From: a virus | Taxonomy: Duplodnaviria > Caudoviricetes | DNA: 25,196 bases | Strand: one strand, 5' to 3' | Virus record (IMG/VR): IMGVR_UViG_3300012953_000209 | Location: 1-25,196 of that record | Notes under the pieces: generated by a model | Told to the model about the DNA's origin: nothing | What the model saw: only the letters and a program-made list of their open reading frames with translations | Database searches by the model: none | Position numbers and translations under genes: made by a program | Part shown: positions 25,176-25,196 of the stretch, in pieces | Position numbering within the stretch: position 1 is the first letter of the stretch | Layout: each line of letters begins with the position of its first letter

Positions 25176-25196
25176 AACTTTTCTCCTTTGTTAATT

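Noticed and set aside
1-25196. tRNA/rRNA genes, integrase, transposase, introns/inteins, alternative genetic code, specific host assignment
   Set aside because: None seen. TerL, portal and capsid are uninterrupted under the standard code, and TAA, TAG and TGA all act as stops. Low GC fits a streamlined aquatic host, but the sequence alone cannot name it.

Overview
A 25.2 kb, AT-rich segment of a tailed dsDNA bacteriophage genome (Caudoviricetes). Its organisation is podovirus-like and no tape-measure or sheath gene is visible. Essentially all real genes are on the minus strand and form the late morphogenesis region. In transcription order (right to left): three putative internal-virion proteins, terminase large subunit, portal, small ORFs, a GroES co-chaperonin, scaffold-like protein, capsid cement-like protein, major capsid protein with a UUCG terminator, a DUF1289 insert, head fibre/decoration genes, four small basic proteins, head-tail adaptors, a Cst-II/Maf-like putative glycosyltransferase, tail proteins, a tail fibre with an S74 chaperone and an adhesin-like protein. 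An accessory cassette follows, with a pirin/cupin-like protein, a Coq4-like metalloprotein, a membrane protein, two 2OG-Fe(II) oxygenases and a secreted Asn/Thr-rich protein. Most notable: (1) the Coq4 plus oxygenase cassette behind the receptor-binding genes; (2) an x-x-x-G-G-x-hydrophobic peptide tag shared by six otherwise dissimilar proteins, one consisting almost entirely of 7 tandem copies; (3) two candidate structured 5' leader RNAs, one a possible pseudoknot; (4) a repeated intergenic AACTTATAATAT promoter-like motif. Four genes missing from the ORF track were found by hand translation. All family calls are by-eye motif recognition; no database searches were run.
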